A stretch of DNA of 63,252 nt, the filler included, from Octopus bimaculoides (Eukaryota), in NCBI RefSeq assembly GCF_001194135.2. It is 4 parts of 4 records of this genome, joined end to end, with 100 filler letters (N's around TTAATTAATTAA, not from the genome) between each part and the next. Parts side by side here need not be neighbours in the genome. Positions count along the whole stretch, not along the records: positions 1 to 19,533 come from NC_069003.1; 3 more parts are not named here. One strand, written 5' to 3'. Position numbers and translations under genes: made by a program. The notes below the pieces were generated by a model. It saw only the letters and a program-made list of their open reading frames with translations, did not search any database and had not been told where the DNA came from. This document shows, in pieces, positions 1 through 13,330 of this stretch (position 1 is the first letter of the stretch; each line of letters starts with the position of its first letter).

Positions 1-939
1 TATATATATAAACAGATTTATGTATATATTATTATTACTTTCATTATTATTAAAAAATAACTTTCATAGCTCCGGCTTTACTGTACAGCATACATCATAT
101 TTCATTTCCAACGCATACAAAAGTCAAAGTGTATTCTTGTGACAAACTGAGGTAATCGCCTGATTCTTTAATAATCCCTACGTTATCAGGAAACATAAAA
201 AAAAAATGACCAAGAAAAACAAGAACCTTTAGTGATAAAAAAACACCTTCAAAAGCAACATTTATCCCAAGAAACTTAATGACAAAAAAATGGAACAAAA
301 CAACATTAATAAAGAAAGCTAATATCTTCTTTCAGCTGCGAAGTTCTCGAAATGTGAAGGAGCCTAGGAACTTTATTGTTCCACATAAACAGCACAGCGA
401 CAATAATAGAATATGAAAAATCCAATAAAGGAGTTGAGTTAGCCACCAGAACGCTAATAACAAATAACCACATCACAGAAAAGATGACACCAAGAAGGTC
501 TCAAAGAGTTAATGGATTTAAGGAATATTATTGTTCCAAACAGACCACATAGAACTAATAAGGTTTCATGAAAAGTGCCAAATAAAAACAGAAACTAAAA
601 ACTAGTAGAGAGATGTTTTCTTTTAGTTCTTATTTACTGCAGGATCACAAGATATTTTAGATGCACGCCATAATGATACAATTACGCGCAGCTACACGTA
701 TGTGCACACAGCGAAACAGCTTGAGCGTACGCAATATATGGTGCATAATGTAGTGTTCGTTTTCACTGAATATTTTTGTCTAAACGACTCGACTTTCGTG
801 CCGCTTAGGATCGCAGATGCATGAAACCTCGATTAACGAGATTATGAAATTAAATATCAGCATCACCATTATGATCATTTTTACAAGTACATACATACAT
901 GTACACGTGAGGGTATGTATATACATATATGTAAGTGTG

Positions 940-1330
940 TGTCCATGTCTGTACGTCTTCACATTTTCTATATGCAATGACAAAATATGAAATCCTGTTG
1001 AAATTTACACACCACGGACAAGAATCATTTCTACCACTTACACACACCCCTTTCCTTGGAAAATGTACGGAAACTATAACATCTTTATATATTTTTCTTT
1101 TTCTTTCTGCATTCATTCTCCTATTTCCCTACACACTCCTTATTTCCTTCCTTGTCTAAAATAACTCCTTACACTGAATTCTAATCTTTCCCTCTATTTA
1201 ACCACCTCACATCGTCTCTGATGAAGAGATATCCCTAATATCTCAGAAACAGGTGAAAAACTAACTTTCTCTTTATAAATGTCCTGAAATTCCACACCGG
1301 CTTGGCATTGTTGTCTCCTTTTATTTAACA
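940..1330 (+). mobile_element. Probable 3' end (pLTR-like region) of a Penelope-like element, decayed
   Basis: A pyrimidine-rich 3' segment containing a hammerhead-like motif (CTGATGA-A-hairpin-GAAAC), ending before an (AC)/(AT)n tract. This layout is typical of PLE termini. No intact ORF. Confidence 0.45.
1214..1263 (+). ncRNA. Degenerate minimal type I hammerhead ribozyme motif
   Basis: GTCT-CTGATGA-A-GAGATA(tccctaa)TATCTC-A-GAAAC-AGGTGAAAAAC. The core and 6-bp stem II are intact. Stem III, the cleavage triplet and the 3' strand of stem I look mutated. Confidence 0.5.
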
Positions 1331-1345
1331 CACTCACACACACAC

Positions 1346-1411
<66 letters not shown>

Positions 1412-2571
1412 ATACGCTTTATGACTTTACCTCTGAATCTATCTACTTCTGCCTCACTCTATGTGTGCGTGCGTATACATTTACACACAAAATGATCTCC
1501 AATATATAATGATAGGCTTACGTGTGATATAATTCAAAATATGTACGACTACATGCGATAATATGTACTACTACATTACACCATGACACAAATATATGCC
1601 TGCAAAATAAATTTTTGCTGCACACAATTATGCACATGCGCATATGCACTTACATAAATGACTGACATCCATATAGGCAGACGACACTCTATACAACATT
1701 ATGAAACACAATTCAACATAGCCAGAACGAAATCACTGACACAGATATACATAGGCTATTACATTCATATCTACCCCACAACTCACGCGCAAAAAATGAA
1801 AATGCATGCATATACACACATATTTGTTGCACATACTCACACACATACACATACAGAACCGATACGCAGGCACGATCCTGCAATACATCCACTAAAGAGA
1901 GTTAAAGATGGAACCGCTTAAACGACGACTGCACGGCTAGCATTAGTGGCCAAATGGCCTCAGCTCACATCCGAGGCATTTAAAAGATCGAATTGTATAA
2001 TGTGGTGTTCTCTTCCCTGCACAGAAATATAAGAGATGGTCACGGGAAGAGTGCCTTCGATCTATCTAATTGATCTGTGTATTATTCCGGGCCTAAACAA
2101 CAACAAGAACAATAACAACAACATTCAATTCCCGTTGAAAGAAATGCATTAGCACATTTATGAACAGACTAACATAGATACAGACTAACATAGATACACA
2201 CCAAATCGCGCACTCAGATAGCAAAATAGTCACACACACACACACACACAAGCAGAACAACCAATAGTGATTGAAAATTCACAACTGCATACGCACACAC
2301 GCACACACACACATGCAGAAAGACCCGCTAAAGTAACGCAGATGCAAGTAAAATATACGTATGTACGTCACATGTACACATGGATGTCAAACGTTCATAC
2401 ATCCATGAATAGATGTGCATGTAGATGCGCTCGCACACACACACACAGACACACACACAGATATACGGAGACACACACACAGGTACGCACGCGTACACTG
2501 AAATATCATTTATGCATACATATATACACTCGCTTGTGCATATATACATACAGAGAAACACACATATATAT

Positions 2572-2640
<69 letters not shown>

Positions 2641-3217
2641 CCTACGTATGTATGTACGCGATTATATATTCACGAATGCACACAAAGAAACACATCAATA
2701 CATATATAGACGTACACACGAATGTCACATATACACACATACACAGACCATACACTTATACACAAGCGTGCGCGTAGATTTTTATACACGTTTGTCACAC
2801 AAAACACGTATTTCCCCCAAATACACACACATATCCTTACGAATATACATAAACACACCAACATTCATTCATAGATGCACACACAATTATCTCACACACA
2901 AACAAACTCACACACAAACACACACACGTACATACAAAAACACATATACAGTCTGCATACACACGCATGTGAAGGTGGATGTGGTAGTGATGGTGGTGGT
3001 GGTGGCGGTGGTGGTTATGGTAATGGTGGTGGTGGTGGTGGTGGTGCTATTTAATAACATACTATCATGTTTCACAGAACTACATATAACCTGATTGGAA
3101 ATCCAATATCGAAGATCGATAATAGTTAATCATTTACGTAGTCTGAAACATTATTGTTATTATTATTAACATTATTATTATCATTATTAATTGTTGTCGT
3201 CAATATCGGTGTTGCCA

Positions 3218-3270
<53 letters not shown>

Positions 3271-4019
3271 TTTTCCTTTTGTTGATGTTATTATTATTAA
3301 TATTTTTAGTATTATTGTTAACTTTATTATTTATGCTGTAGTTGCTATTTATTGATGTTCCTGTCCATCTGTACAAAACACAATTATTATTTTAGTATAA
3401 TTATAATTATCATAATTGTTAATATTGTTTTAATATTTTTTTTTCATTTTGTTCTTCAATTTATTCAATTTTACTTTCTAATATTTGTTTTTTTTTTGTA
3501 TCATGCATTTTTGGTCGTCGGTTTTGTTCTCCAAAGGAGCAGCCAAGCATGGTATCACTGAATTCATGGTGGCGAGAAAGGAAAAGAGAGAGACAGAGAG
3601 AGAGAGAGAATGAAAGCGAGAGGGAGAGAGGGAGAGAGAGAGAGAGAGAGAGAGAGAAAGGGAAGGAAAAGTGGGAGAATGAATGAGAGTGTCATAAAAT
3701 GGGAAAGAAGAAAAGGAGAATAGAATGTTTGAGCAACTTAAAGGGTGTATATAGCACAAAGTAGATCTGTTTGAAAGCACCGGTTTATCGTATTTCCGAG
3801 GCTTTGTTTTAGTCGTTTGTATTTTTTCTATTGTTTTCCTTCGATAAAAGACATGTACATGCATGCACATAGTCGTACATAAACAAGTGCGGACAGACAT
3901 AGGTATATCATGGGATCGATCAGACTACCGGTTGTTCTTATACATCGCTGGTCACGATGCACTTTGCATCGTTTTAACTTTCAAATGATACGAAACCTCA
4001 GACTAGGTGAGCCGGCCAA

Positions 4020-4200
4020 CGGTCCCCTCTGATCGGAACCTAATGCACCCATGTACAGCTGAGTGGATCGGGGCAACGTGAAATGAAATGTCTTACTCAA
4101 GAACACCATATATATATATATACCAGTCTGGACAGAAATCGAAGCTACGATCGTGTGATCGTTAGAATAACACGGCTGACCACTAGGCCACACCCCTCCA
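4020..4200 (-). mobile_element. tRNA-derived SINE, group 3 head, decayed
   Basis: The minus strand reads TGGAGGGGTGTGGCCTAGTGGTCAG...GCTTCGATTTC...GTGTTCTTGAGTAAGACATTTCATTTCACGTTGC, similar to the copies at 24420, 51897 and 56075. Confidence 0.7.
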
Positions 4201-4469
4201 TAACTACATATGTACCTACCTTTATTATATGCATTTACTATCAAACTAAAATTCTCGACATCCTCATTCAATCCAGTACTTTCTTGCAGCAAGATAATCT
4301 CTTTCTCTCTCTGTCTCTCTCTTTCATGAATTTGGACCAATACTTTTCTTCTTCACAAGTTTGTCTTCATCTTTGAGATGTGATATATGTCCATCCCTGT
4401 TTTATTGTTTTTTTTTTTAACACAACTCCCATCAGAGCATAAATTTCATTCCCTTCTTTAAGTTCATAT

Positions 4470-4617
4470 CGAGTTACTGATACTTAATTTATCGATTCCG
4501 AAAGTATGAAAGGCAAAGTCTACCTCGGCGGAATTTGAACTCATGACGTAAAGACAGACGAAATAACGCTAAGAATTAAGCCCAGCGTGTTAACGTTTCT
4601 GCCAGCTCGCCACCTTC
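4470..4617 (-). mobile_element. tRNA-derived SINE, group 2 (AAGGCGGCGAGCTGGCAGAA family)
   Basis: Reverse complement of the family repeated at 21587, 21819, 29440, 29630 and 49358. B box GAGTTCAAATTC. Confidence 0.85.
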
Positions 4618-4699
4618 ACAACAAAATATTAAAGTGCGCTACATTGTGTTAGACAACACAAAAGTATCCCACATTACTCTACTCTACAGAATGGCAGGA

Positions 4700-4980
4700 C
4701 TAGAAGGCTGGTAGAGACATTGGCAGGCAGGCGGGCAGACGGGCAGACGGGCAGATAGGGAGACTGCAAAGCGGGCAGGCAAGCAGGTTGGTGGGGGGTA
4801 GGCATGCGGGTGGCGAAGGCAGGTGACAGGTAGGCGAGTGGTTTGGCGGTGAGGTAGGCAGGTAGGTAGGTAAACGGAGAGGTAGACAGGAAGGCAGGAG
4901 CGATAGGCAGGTAGGCAGGAAGGAAGAAGAGGCAGGCAGTCAGGCAGACAGGTAGGCAGGCAGTCAGGCAGACAGGCAAG
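4700..4980. repeat. Degenerate GGCA/GGTA tetranucleotide repeat
   Basis: Directly visible. It explains the LPA/CLP-rich ORFs. Confidence 0.85.
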
Positions 4981-5574
4981 CTCGGATGATATGCAGAGCA
5001 GCCTGTACAACGGAGCCACAATGGGCTGTTCAATAAGCTGATGATTGATAAATGCACATCGATGCATCCTACCCCTACCTTCCCCACCTTTCAACCCCGA
5101 TCCCTTCCACCTATTTCGACTGTCCACCCGTCCACCCATGCCACCACCACCGACCGACGGAATGAATAGTTTGTGAGTGTGCTGTGAAGGAAGAGGCGGG
5201 AGAGAGGGAGAAGGAGAGAGAGAGAGGGGGAGATGGGGGAAAGTCGGAGAGGAAGAGAGCGAAGCATCTGAAGTGGAGAGAAAAACGAAGAGCGTTGGTA
5301 AAGAGTTTGGAGAAATTATGGCAAGATCACTAAATGAAGTAATGCACGCGAATGCAATCAAACTGCAGTTTGTATGCAGTTGCACGCTCTGCAAATATGT
5401 ACATCATTATGTGTAGATTCGCGCCCCAAAAGAAACAGGGCAATTATACGTTGTTGTTGTTGTTGCTGTTGCTGTTGTTGTTGTTTTTGTGTATTATTGT
5501 TTGTCAGTTTGTCAGATTCGTTGTTTGTTTTGTTGATTGGCGCTGCTGATGTTCCGGCAGGTGGAGAGGGGAGA

Positions 5575-5583
5575 GAGAGTCAA

Positions 5584-5614
<31 letters not shown>

Positions 5615-5758
5615 GTGTGTGTGAGAGAGAGAGAATAAAGGAGAGAGAGCTAAAGAGAGAGAAAGAGTGACAGAAACAGACAGGTGAAGAGAGAAAGAGA
5701 GAGAGAGAGAGACAGACAGAAACAGAGCAAGGAAATGACAGAGGACGAGATAGACAGT

Positions 5759-5803
<45 letters not shown>

Positions 5804-6007
5804 NNNNNNNNNNNNNNNNNNNNNNNNNNNNNNNNNNNNNNNNNNNNNNNNNNNNNAGAGAGAGTGTGTGTGAGAGAGAGAGAATAAAGGAGAGAGAGCT
5901 AAAGAGAGAGAAAGAGTGACAGAAACAGACAGGTGAAGAGAGAAAGAGAGAGAGAGAGAGACAGACAGAAACAGAGCAAGGAAATGACAGAGGACGAGAT
6001 AGACAGT

Positions 6008-6049
<42 letters not shown>

Positions 6050-6290
6050 CAGAGAAAGAGACAAAAGAAGATAAAGACAAAGGATGTGAGAGAGAGAGAA
6101 AGAGAACGAGAAAGGCTGAGAGACAGAGACAGAGAGAAAGAAAGACAGGGGATGAGATAGACAGATGGAGAGAGAGAGAGATAGTGAGAAGGAGAGAAAG
6201 ACGGACGGGGAGATAAATAGCAGTGGAGAGACCAAGAGAGACAAACAGACAAAGAGAGAGAGAGAGAGAAGGAGAGAGAGAGAGAAGGTC
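5575..6290. repeat. (GA)n-rich compound microsatellite with a segment duplicated across a gap
   Basis: About 5590-5800 reappears at about 5857-6045 on the other side of an N run. Confidence 0.85.
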
Positions 6291-6784
6291 TCGATTTTGT
6301 GAAACTGACAGTTACATAAAATTTGTGTAAGGGAGACAACGAGGTGGGGGGGAGGAGGGATAAATTGCATGAGGGAGATCGAGAGGAAGAGAAGGAGAAG
6401 AGAGAGAGAAAGAAAACGTACGAAAGATAGGAATTAGTGGGGAAGATGTGGTGGGAGGGCAATGATTAGGAGGGAAGGTCGTGGAGATGGAAGGGCAGCC
6501 TTGCGTCCAAATATCGTATGGTTTGCACGCATGCGCTTCAATAACGCACGCATGCACAGGACGTATGCATGTGTGAATGGCTGTGTGGATGAGTTATTTC
6601 TAGCTTCTAGAATTTTATTATGCATGTTTGTGTTGTGACGTCAGGGAACACACAGTGTTGTCACTTATGGTTAATGTATATACATACTCACTCACACACA
6701 CATACACACACACGCACACATACACACACACTCACACACGCGAATAAACGCATACATGGATATATGAATATATACACCTATATA

Positions 6785-6825
<41 letters not shown>

Positions 6826-7942
6826 ATATATATATATATACAAGCGTATATATTATGTATAACAACTATATATATAGCATATATATATANNNNNNNNNNN
6901 NNNNNNNNNNNNNNNNNNNNNNNNNNNNNNNNNNNNNNNNNNNNNNNNNNNNNNNNNNNNNNNNNNNNNNNNNNNNNNNNNNNNNNNNNNNNNNNNNNNN
7001 NNNNNNNNNNNNNNNNNNNNNNNNNNNNNNNNNNNNNNNNNNNNNNNNNNNNNNNNNNNNNNNNNNNNNNNNNNNNNNNNNNNNNNNNNNNNNNNNNNNN
7101 NNNNNNNNNNNNNNNNNNNNNNNNNNNNNNNNNNNNNNNNNNNNNNNNNNNNNNNNNNNNNNNNNNNNNNNNNNNNNNNNNNNNNNNNNNNNNNNNNNNN
7201 NNNNNNNNNNNNNNNNNNNNNNNNNNNNNNNNNNNNNNNNNNNNNNNNNNNNNNNNNNNNNNNNNNNTATATATATATCCCTCTCTAGATATATATATAT
7301 ATATATATATGTATGTATATTTGTGTGCATTGGTGATATATAAATGCAGGCGTGCGTCTGTATGTATGGGTGTTGCCTGTATATGTTTGTAACTCAATAT
7401 AGCACTAGGTGTTATTACATCTCAACATACAGATATCTATCTTTAAACCATCAATATATATGACAGTTAACTTGCTTGTATGTGTTACAGACATGTATAT
7501 ACGAACACGTGTTGTTATGTACGTATAAATGATTTTAATCCACATGGTTGTATGAAAATATATTTATGCGTACAAGGTCCTCGTCTACTAATGCATATGT
7601 GTATATGAATATACATATATATGTATACACACGTATATATTTATATATGTACATAATGCGTTCATGCTGTGTATTTAATCATATATTTCCTGCTGTGTTT
7701 GTAATCGTATATTTAAATGTATAATCAAGATGATGTGTGTGTATAGGTGTATATATATACATTCATGTATCTGAGTGTACGTTGTGAGAGAAATAGGACA
7801 AAGTGCAAGTATGATTGCTTGCTCAAAGTGATATGTGTATTTGGAGAGGAGAGAGTGAGAGAGATGGAGTAGGAGGCAAAGAGGGAGAAAGTTTTATTTT
7901 GTCTACTAATATAGGTAGCTACGTGAGAGGGTAATGCGTATG

Positions 7943-7990
<48 letters not shown>

Positions 7991-8394
7991 NNNNNNNNNN
8001 NNNNNNNNNNNNNNNNNNNNNNNNNNNNNNNNNNNNNNNNNNNNNNNNNNNNNNNNNNNNNNNNNNNNNNNNNNNNNNNNNNNNNNNNNNNNNNNNNNNN
8101 NNNNNNNNNNNNNNNNNNNNNNNNNNNNNNNNNNNNNNNNNNNNNNNNNNNNNNNNNNNNNNNNNNNNNNNNNNNNNNNNNNNNNNNNNNNNNNNNNNNN
8201 NNNNNNNNNNNNNNNNNNNNNNNNNNNNNNNNNNNNNNNNNNNNNNNNNNNNNNNNNNNNNNNNNNNNNNNNNNNNNNNNNNNNNNNNNNNNNNNNNNNN
8301 NNNNNNNNNNNNNNNNNNNNNNNNNNNNNNNNNNNNNNNNNNNNNNNNNNNNNNNNNNNNNNNNNNNNNNNNNNNNNNNNNNNNNNNNNNNNNN

Positions 8395-8507
<113 letters not shown>

Positions 8508-8885
8508 CTCAAGTAGGCAGACAGACAAATTACAGTAAATAATTATATATCTTCCTGAAAAGGAAAATGAAACGAAAGGCAGCCTGCATATCTGTGCTTT
8601 GTTGTACTCATTTATGAGAAGATATTTCGATCTTTAAGAAAACTGTGTTCTCTCACTGCTTGAAATAATTTGAGACAAACAGCTTGATACATAAATTGAC
8701 TGATAAAGACAAAGATGGAGAAATACATACATAAATACAATATGTATGTGGTGGAGTGTTTTGTGCTGTGTGGTACAATTTCCAACCAGCCGTATAGCAC
8801 TCGATGAGTGAAGAAATTAAAGGTATATCATTATGAAAGCCACAAAAAGCCTGGTGATCTATAGCTACCTGGAGTTTCCTTGTCG

Positions 8886-8962
8886 AAACATTAATTTATT
8901 AAACATTAATTTATTAAACATTAATTTATTAAACATTAATTTATTAAACATTAATTTATTAA
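8886..8962. repeat. 15-bp tandem repeat (AAACATTAATTTATT)x5
   Basis: Five perfect units are visible. Confidence 0.95.
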
Positions 8963-9335
8963 GAGGCTTTAGCAACTGCGACCTTTAAATTAGAATGTGC
9001 ATTCCAAGGAAGCGTAGATGCACTGGGGAGGATGGTGAGCAATGACTCTGAAATTAGTTTCTGGATGCTGGCTTTGCTGGGTGGAGGTGCTTATCTCACC
9101 TCTTTGAAAGCATACGGACAGAGAACGCTGGTGTCACATAGCCAACTGGATGCGGTGTTTCCTGGGGCTAAATAGCAGTAGCATTCTTCCCTTTCATGGG
9201 ACTGCCACATTAAGTTGGCAACAAACTATCACTTTATCGTATCATTACTGTATAAACCTCTCTGAAAGATTTAGAAATGTAATATTTCTAATTTTATATA
9301 TATACACACACACACACACAGACACAGACACACAG

Positions 9336-9367
<32 letters not shown>

Positions 9368-10159
9368 ATAAGCAGAGTGTGAAAGAGAGAAAGAGTGAAA
9401 GAGAGAGAGAAAGAGTGAAAGAGAGAGAGAAAGAGAGAGAGAGAGATCGGTTGGTAAATGTATAGACATGTAGCAATATAGAAGGGATTTTAGGAGCCTA
9501 TATCATTACACTGTCCAACAGCTGCTTTTATTTTCAGATGCTGATGTACGTTTTAAGTGTATCTTGACTGCTGTGTCTAGCATCCTGATCGATCGTATAG
9601 AGAGGGCATCGCTACTATTGTTATTTTCGCAGCCGGTCGGCCGTTTCTTCGGTAGAATCAGTCATTGCAAACCTAATTAAAGTCGTGAGTCACAAAGAAG
9701 ATAAAACAGTTGGATGATATATATATATAGAGAGAGAGAAGGAGAGAGAGATGGAGAAAGAGAGGGGTGTAGGAGAGAGATATGCAGAATTGTGTAAATG
9801 TAAATTGAAAAACATCTCAATTGATTATTTAAACGTAAATACTGAATATCTACAACAATCTAAATAAACTTTTCTCTTGAAAGTAAATGTGAAATATCAG
9901 AGATACTTCGCTCTACGCAGAAACGATCAGAGCTTCTTACACAAATAGCAATCTTTTCTGATGGTGATCGCCATATTGGAAAAACTTTCGTACCTTCAGC
10001 CCGTGTCTTAGGTTCGCATTTCGCTCCTTAGGGAATAAGTTTCAAGTAAGGGGGCAGCAACTGGTGAAGAAACGTACCATTGCGAAAGGGCCACTCTGCG
10101 ATCACTTGTCAAAACTAAGGGAGTGGCTAAGTCAATTTTATCGACGTCAATTACATTTG

Positions 10160-10328
10160 TATATGTGTGCATATGTTTATCCCCGTAACTTAGCGGTTCG
10201 ACAAAAGATTTGATAGAATAAGTTCTAGGCTTACAAAGAATAGGTCCTGAGGTCGATTTCCTCGACTAAACGTGGTGCCCTTGCATGGATGTAGTCGAAT
10301 GACTGAAACAAGTACAAGAACAAAAGAA
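10160..10328 (+). mobile_element. SINE group 1, 3' half
   Basis: CCCCGTAACTTAGCGGTTCG...GAATAAG...GACTGAAACAAGTA matches the 3' halves at 42840-42990, 50520-50710 and 54850-55010. Confidence 0.85.
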
Positions 10329-10357
10329 GATATATATATATATATATATATATATAG

Positions 10358-10389
<32 letters not shown>

Positions 10390-10408
10390 ATATGTATGTA
10401 TGTATGTA

Positions 10409-10447
<39 letters not shown>

Positions 10448-11082
10448 GAATTTCCCCCCTTAACGTTATAAACACAACAGCACGTTTAAAATAAAAGCTA
10501 AAGTATATTTAAGCATCCTTTGTGAGATTTCAAATGTAAGCAATCAGAATAATTTTCCTTCAGTCTGATGTTTCTTTCCGAACGTAATAAAAGCAAATTT
10601 TACTGCTCTTTGACTCCAGACTACAAATTAAATTTGCTGTTTAAATTTCTAAATAATTTCCTCGTTCCAATCGAGCAACAACGATGTATCATGTTCTATA
10701 TTACTAGCGCTTATCTACTCATACACTTTTCCCCCTTATTTATTAACACACTCTCGTACAAACTATCACTGTTCGCCTTCCATCTTTCTCTCTCTCTCCA
10801 TGTTTTCCTAAACCGATCTCATACATCAAACGTCTCACTTCTGAATTCTAGCCATGTCCTCTTTCCCTCTCTTTCTTCATCTCTCATTCTCTCGCTGTCT
10901 GTCTGTTTCTCTCTCTGTCTCTCTTCCCTCCTCTCTCTCTCTCTCACTGTTTCTGTGTCTTCGTACGTACAACTATAGACTCTTTGATCAACCAATTTAG
11001 CGTTTTGTAGAACATGCTACAAATTACCAGACCCAATTCCAATACTTGCGCATACAGCTCCATCTTTCCACACACGCAGGCG

Positions 11083-11225
11083 CAACTGTTGTGGCTGTGT
11101 GGTGAGAACTTCACTTCTCAACCACATAACTATGGATTCAATCCCACAACGTAGCACCTTCACCGAGCATCCTGTACCATAGCCTCCGGCCGACCAAAGC
11201 CTTGTCAGTGGATTTAAATCGACGA
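11083..11225 (+). mobile_element. SINE group 1, 5' half, decayed
   Basis: GTGGCTGTGTGGTGAG...GGATTCAATCCC...GGCCGACCAAAGCCTTGTCAGTGGATTT. Confidence 0.8.
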
Positions 11226-11452
11226 TTGTCCTGCCAGTTGTTATTTCATATCTGCTGGACGTATTCACAGGAATCTCATCCATATGGCTTATATTGTAAA
11301 AACCTCTTCTCCAAGTTCGCAAAAAAGTCACGATTCCACAAACTTTCAACCCCTCCTCCTCCTGCTCCTCCACGCACCCCCCCTCCCACGCATCTACACA
11401 CGTAGAAATGAATATTCTATTTGTATTTTTCATCTCATGAGCAAACAGTTTG

Positions 11453-11494
<42 letters not shown>

Positions 11495-11686
11495 GTCTGT
11501 CTGTCCATACGTCTGTTTGTCTGTCTGTGTGTCTGTCGGCCTGACTGGCTGGCAACTATCGTATTCTACTTCCTCAGTATCTTCACATATATCTATACCT
11601 TTATATGCATATGCATACATAGAAATATATATGCATATATATATTCATTCACCCATATATACATAATACATACATGTATATGCACG

Positions 11687-11725
<39 letters not shown>

Positions 11726-12003
11726 GCATGCATACATACACACATATGCATACACAAGCGCACACGCACACACGCATATGCAGGGTCGGCAGAGACAGAT
11801 TGATGTACAGAAAGTGTGATGTATTGATGTATACAAATAGAGGAGAATAATATAACATTTAGTGATTAGAGAGAAAGAGAGAGAGAGTAGAGTCAGAAAG
11901 GGAGACAGCAGGGAGATTGAATGTGGGATAGAGTGGAAGAGAGATAGACAGAAAAGCGCTAGAGCAAGAGAGAAAACGAGAGAGAAGAAAGACGGGGGAA
12001 GAA

Positions 12004-12049
<46 letters not shown>

Positions 12050-12251
12050 AGAGAGAGAGTGAGTGAGAGAGCAAATGCAATATAGAGAAGCATCACAAAA
12101 ATGAAACGTCCCACATCTAAATGGCCTTATTATCACAAATTGATGAACAAATATGCAATTTCGAGTTAGCAATTAAATGTCTATTGAAATTCACTGAATC
12201 ACACGCGAAATGTTCTTCAAGCTTTGTACAAGCTTCTTCTTTTTCTTTTTA

Positions 12252-12320
<69 letters not shown>

Positions 12321-13281
12321 TTGTCTATTTTTATTTTATTCATTTTATTTCGCTTTTCCTACATTGTTGGATTTCGGTTTTGATATTTGCTTCATTTTTG
12401 CATGTTTTCTCAATTCGTAATTCTGAATGACGATGGTCGTAGCTGCTGCTGTTCCTGCTGCTACTGCCCCTACTGCTGCTTTTGCTGCTGCTGCTGTTAA
12501 TTTTACTCTTCTGCTTGTTGTTGTTGTTGTTGTTGTCGTTATTGCTGCCACTTGTGTTGTTGCTCCAGTTCTATTCGCTTTCCATGCTAATACTATTATT
12601 CTTCCTCCATTGTTGTTGTTGTTGTTGCTCTTGCAGTCACAGTTTCGTTGTTGTCGATGTTGCTTTTGTTGTAATCGCTGCACTCGTGTTGTTGTCGTTG
12701 TTGTTGTTGCTAGTATTAATCTTTGGGACAGAGACTTATGATGTTGCAATTGTTATTGCATTAGTAGTAGTAGTAGTAGTAATGGTAGGAGCAGCAGCTC
12801 CGAAGGCGGCAGCAGCATTGGCTTTAGCGGCGGCAGCGTCGTCCTTATCATCATCCTCCCCTCCTCTTCCTCCTCCCCTCCTCNNNNNNNNNNNNNNNNN
12901 NNNNNNNNNNNNNNNNNNNNNNNNNNNNNNNNNNNNNNNNNNNNNNNNNNNNNNNNNNNNNNNNNNNNNNNNNNNNNNNNNNNNNNNNNNNNNNNNNNNN
13001 NNNNNNNNNNNNNNNNNNNNNNNNNNNNNNNNNNNNNNNNNNNNNNNNNNNNNNNNNNNNNNNNNNNNNNNNNNNNNNNNNNNNNNNNNNNNNNNNNNNN
13101 NNNNNNNNNNNNNNNNNNNNNNNNNNNNNNNNNNNNNNNNNNNNNNNNNNNNNNNNNNNNNNNNNNNNNNNNNNNNNNNNNNNNNNNNNNNNNNNNNNNN
13201 NNNNNNNNNNNNNNNNNNNNNNNNNNNNNNNNNNNNNNNNNNNNNNNNNNNNNNNNNNNNNNNNNNNNNNNNNNNNNNNNN

Positions 13282-13330
<49 letters not shown>

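Noticed and set aside
2267-3094. Long ORFs rich in HT/YI/CV/RE/LS dipeptides here and throughout, and X-filled ORFs
   Set aside because: These are translations of dinucleotide microsatellites and N gaps.
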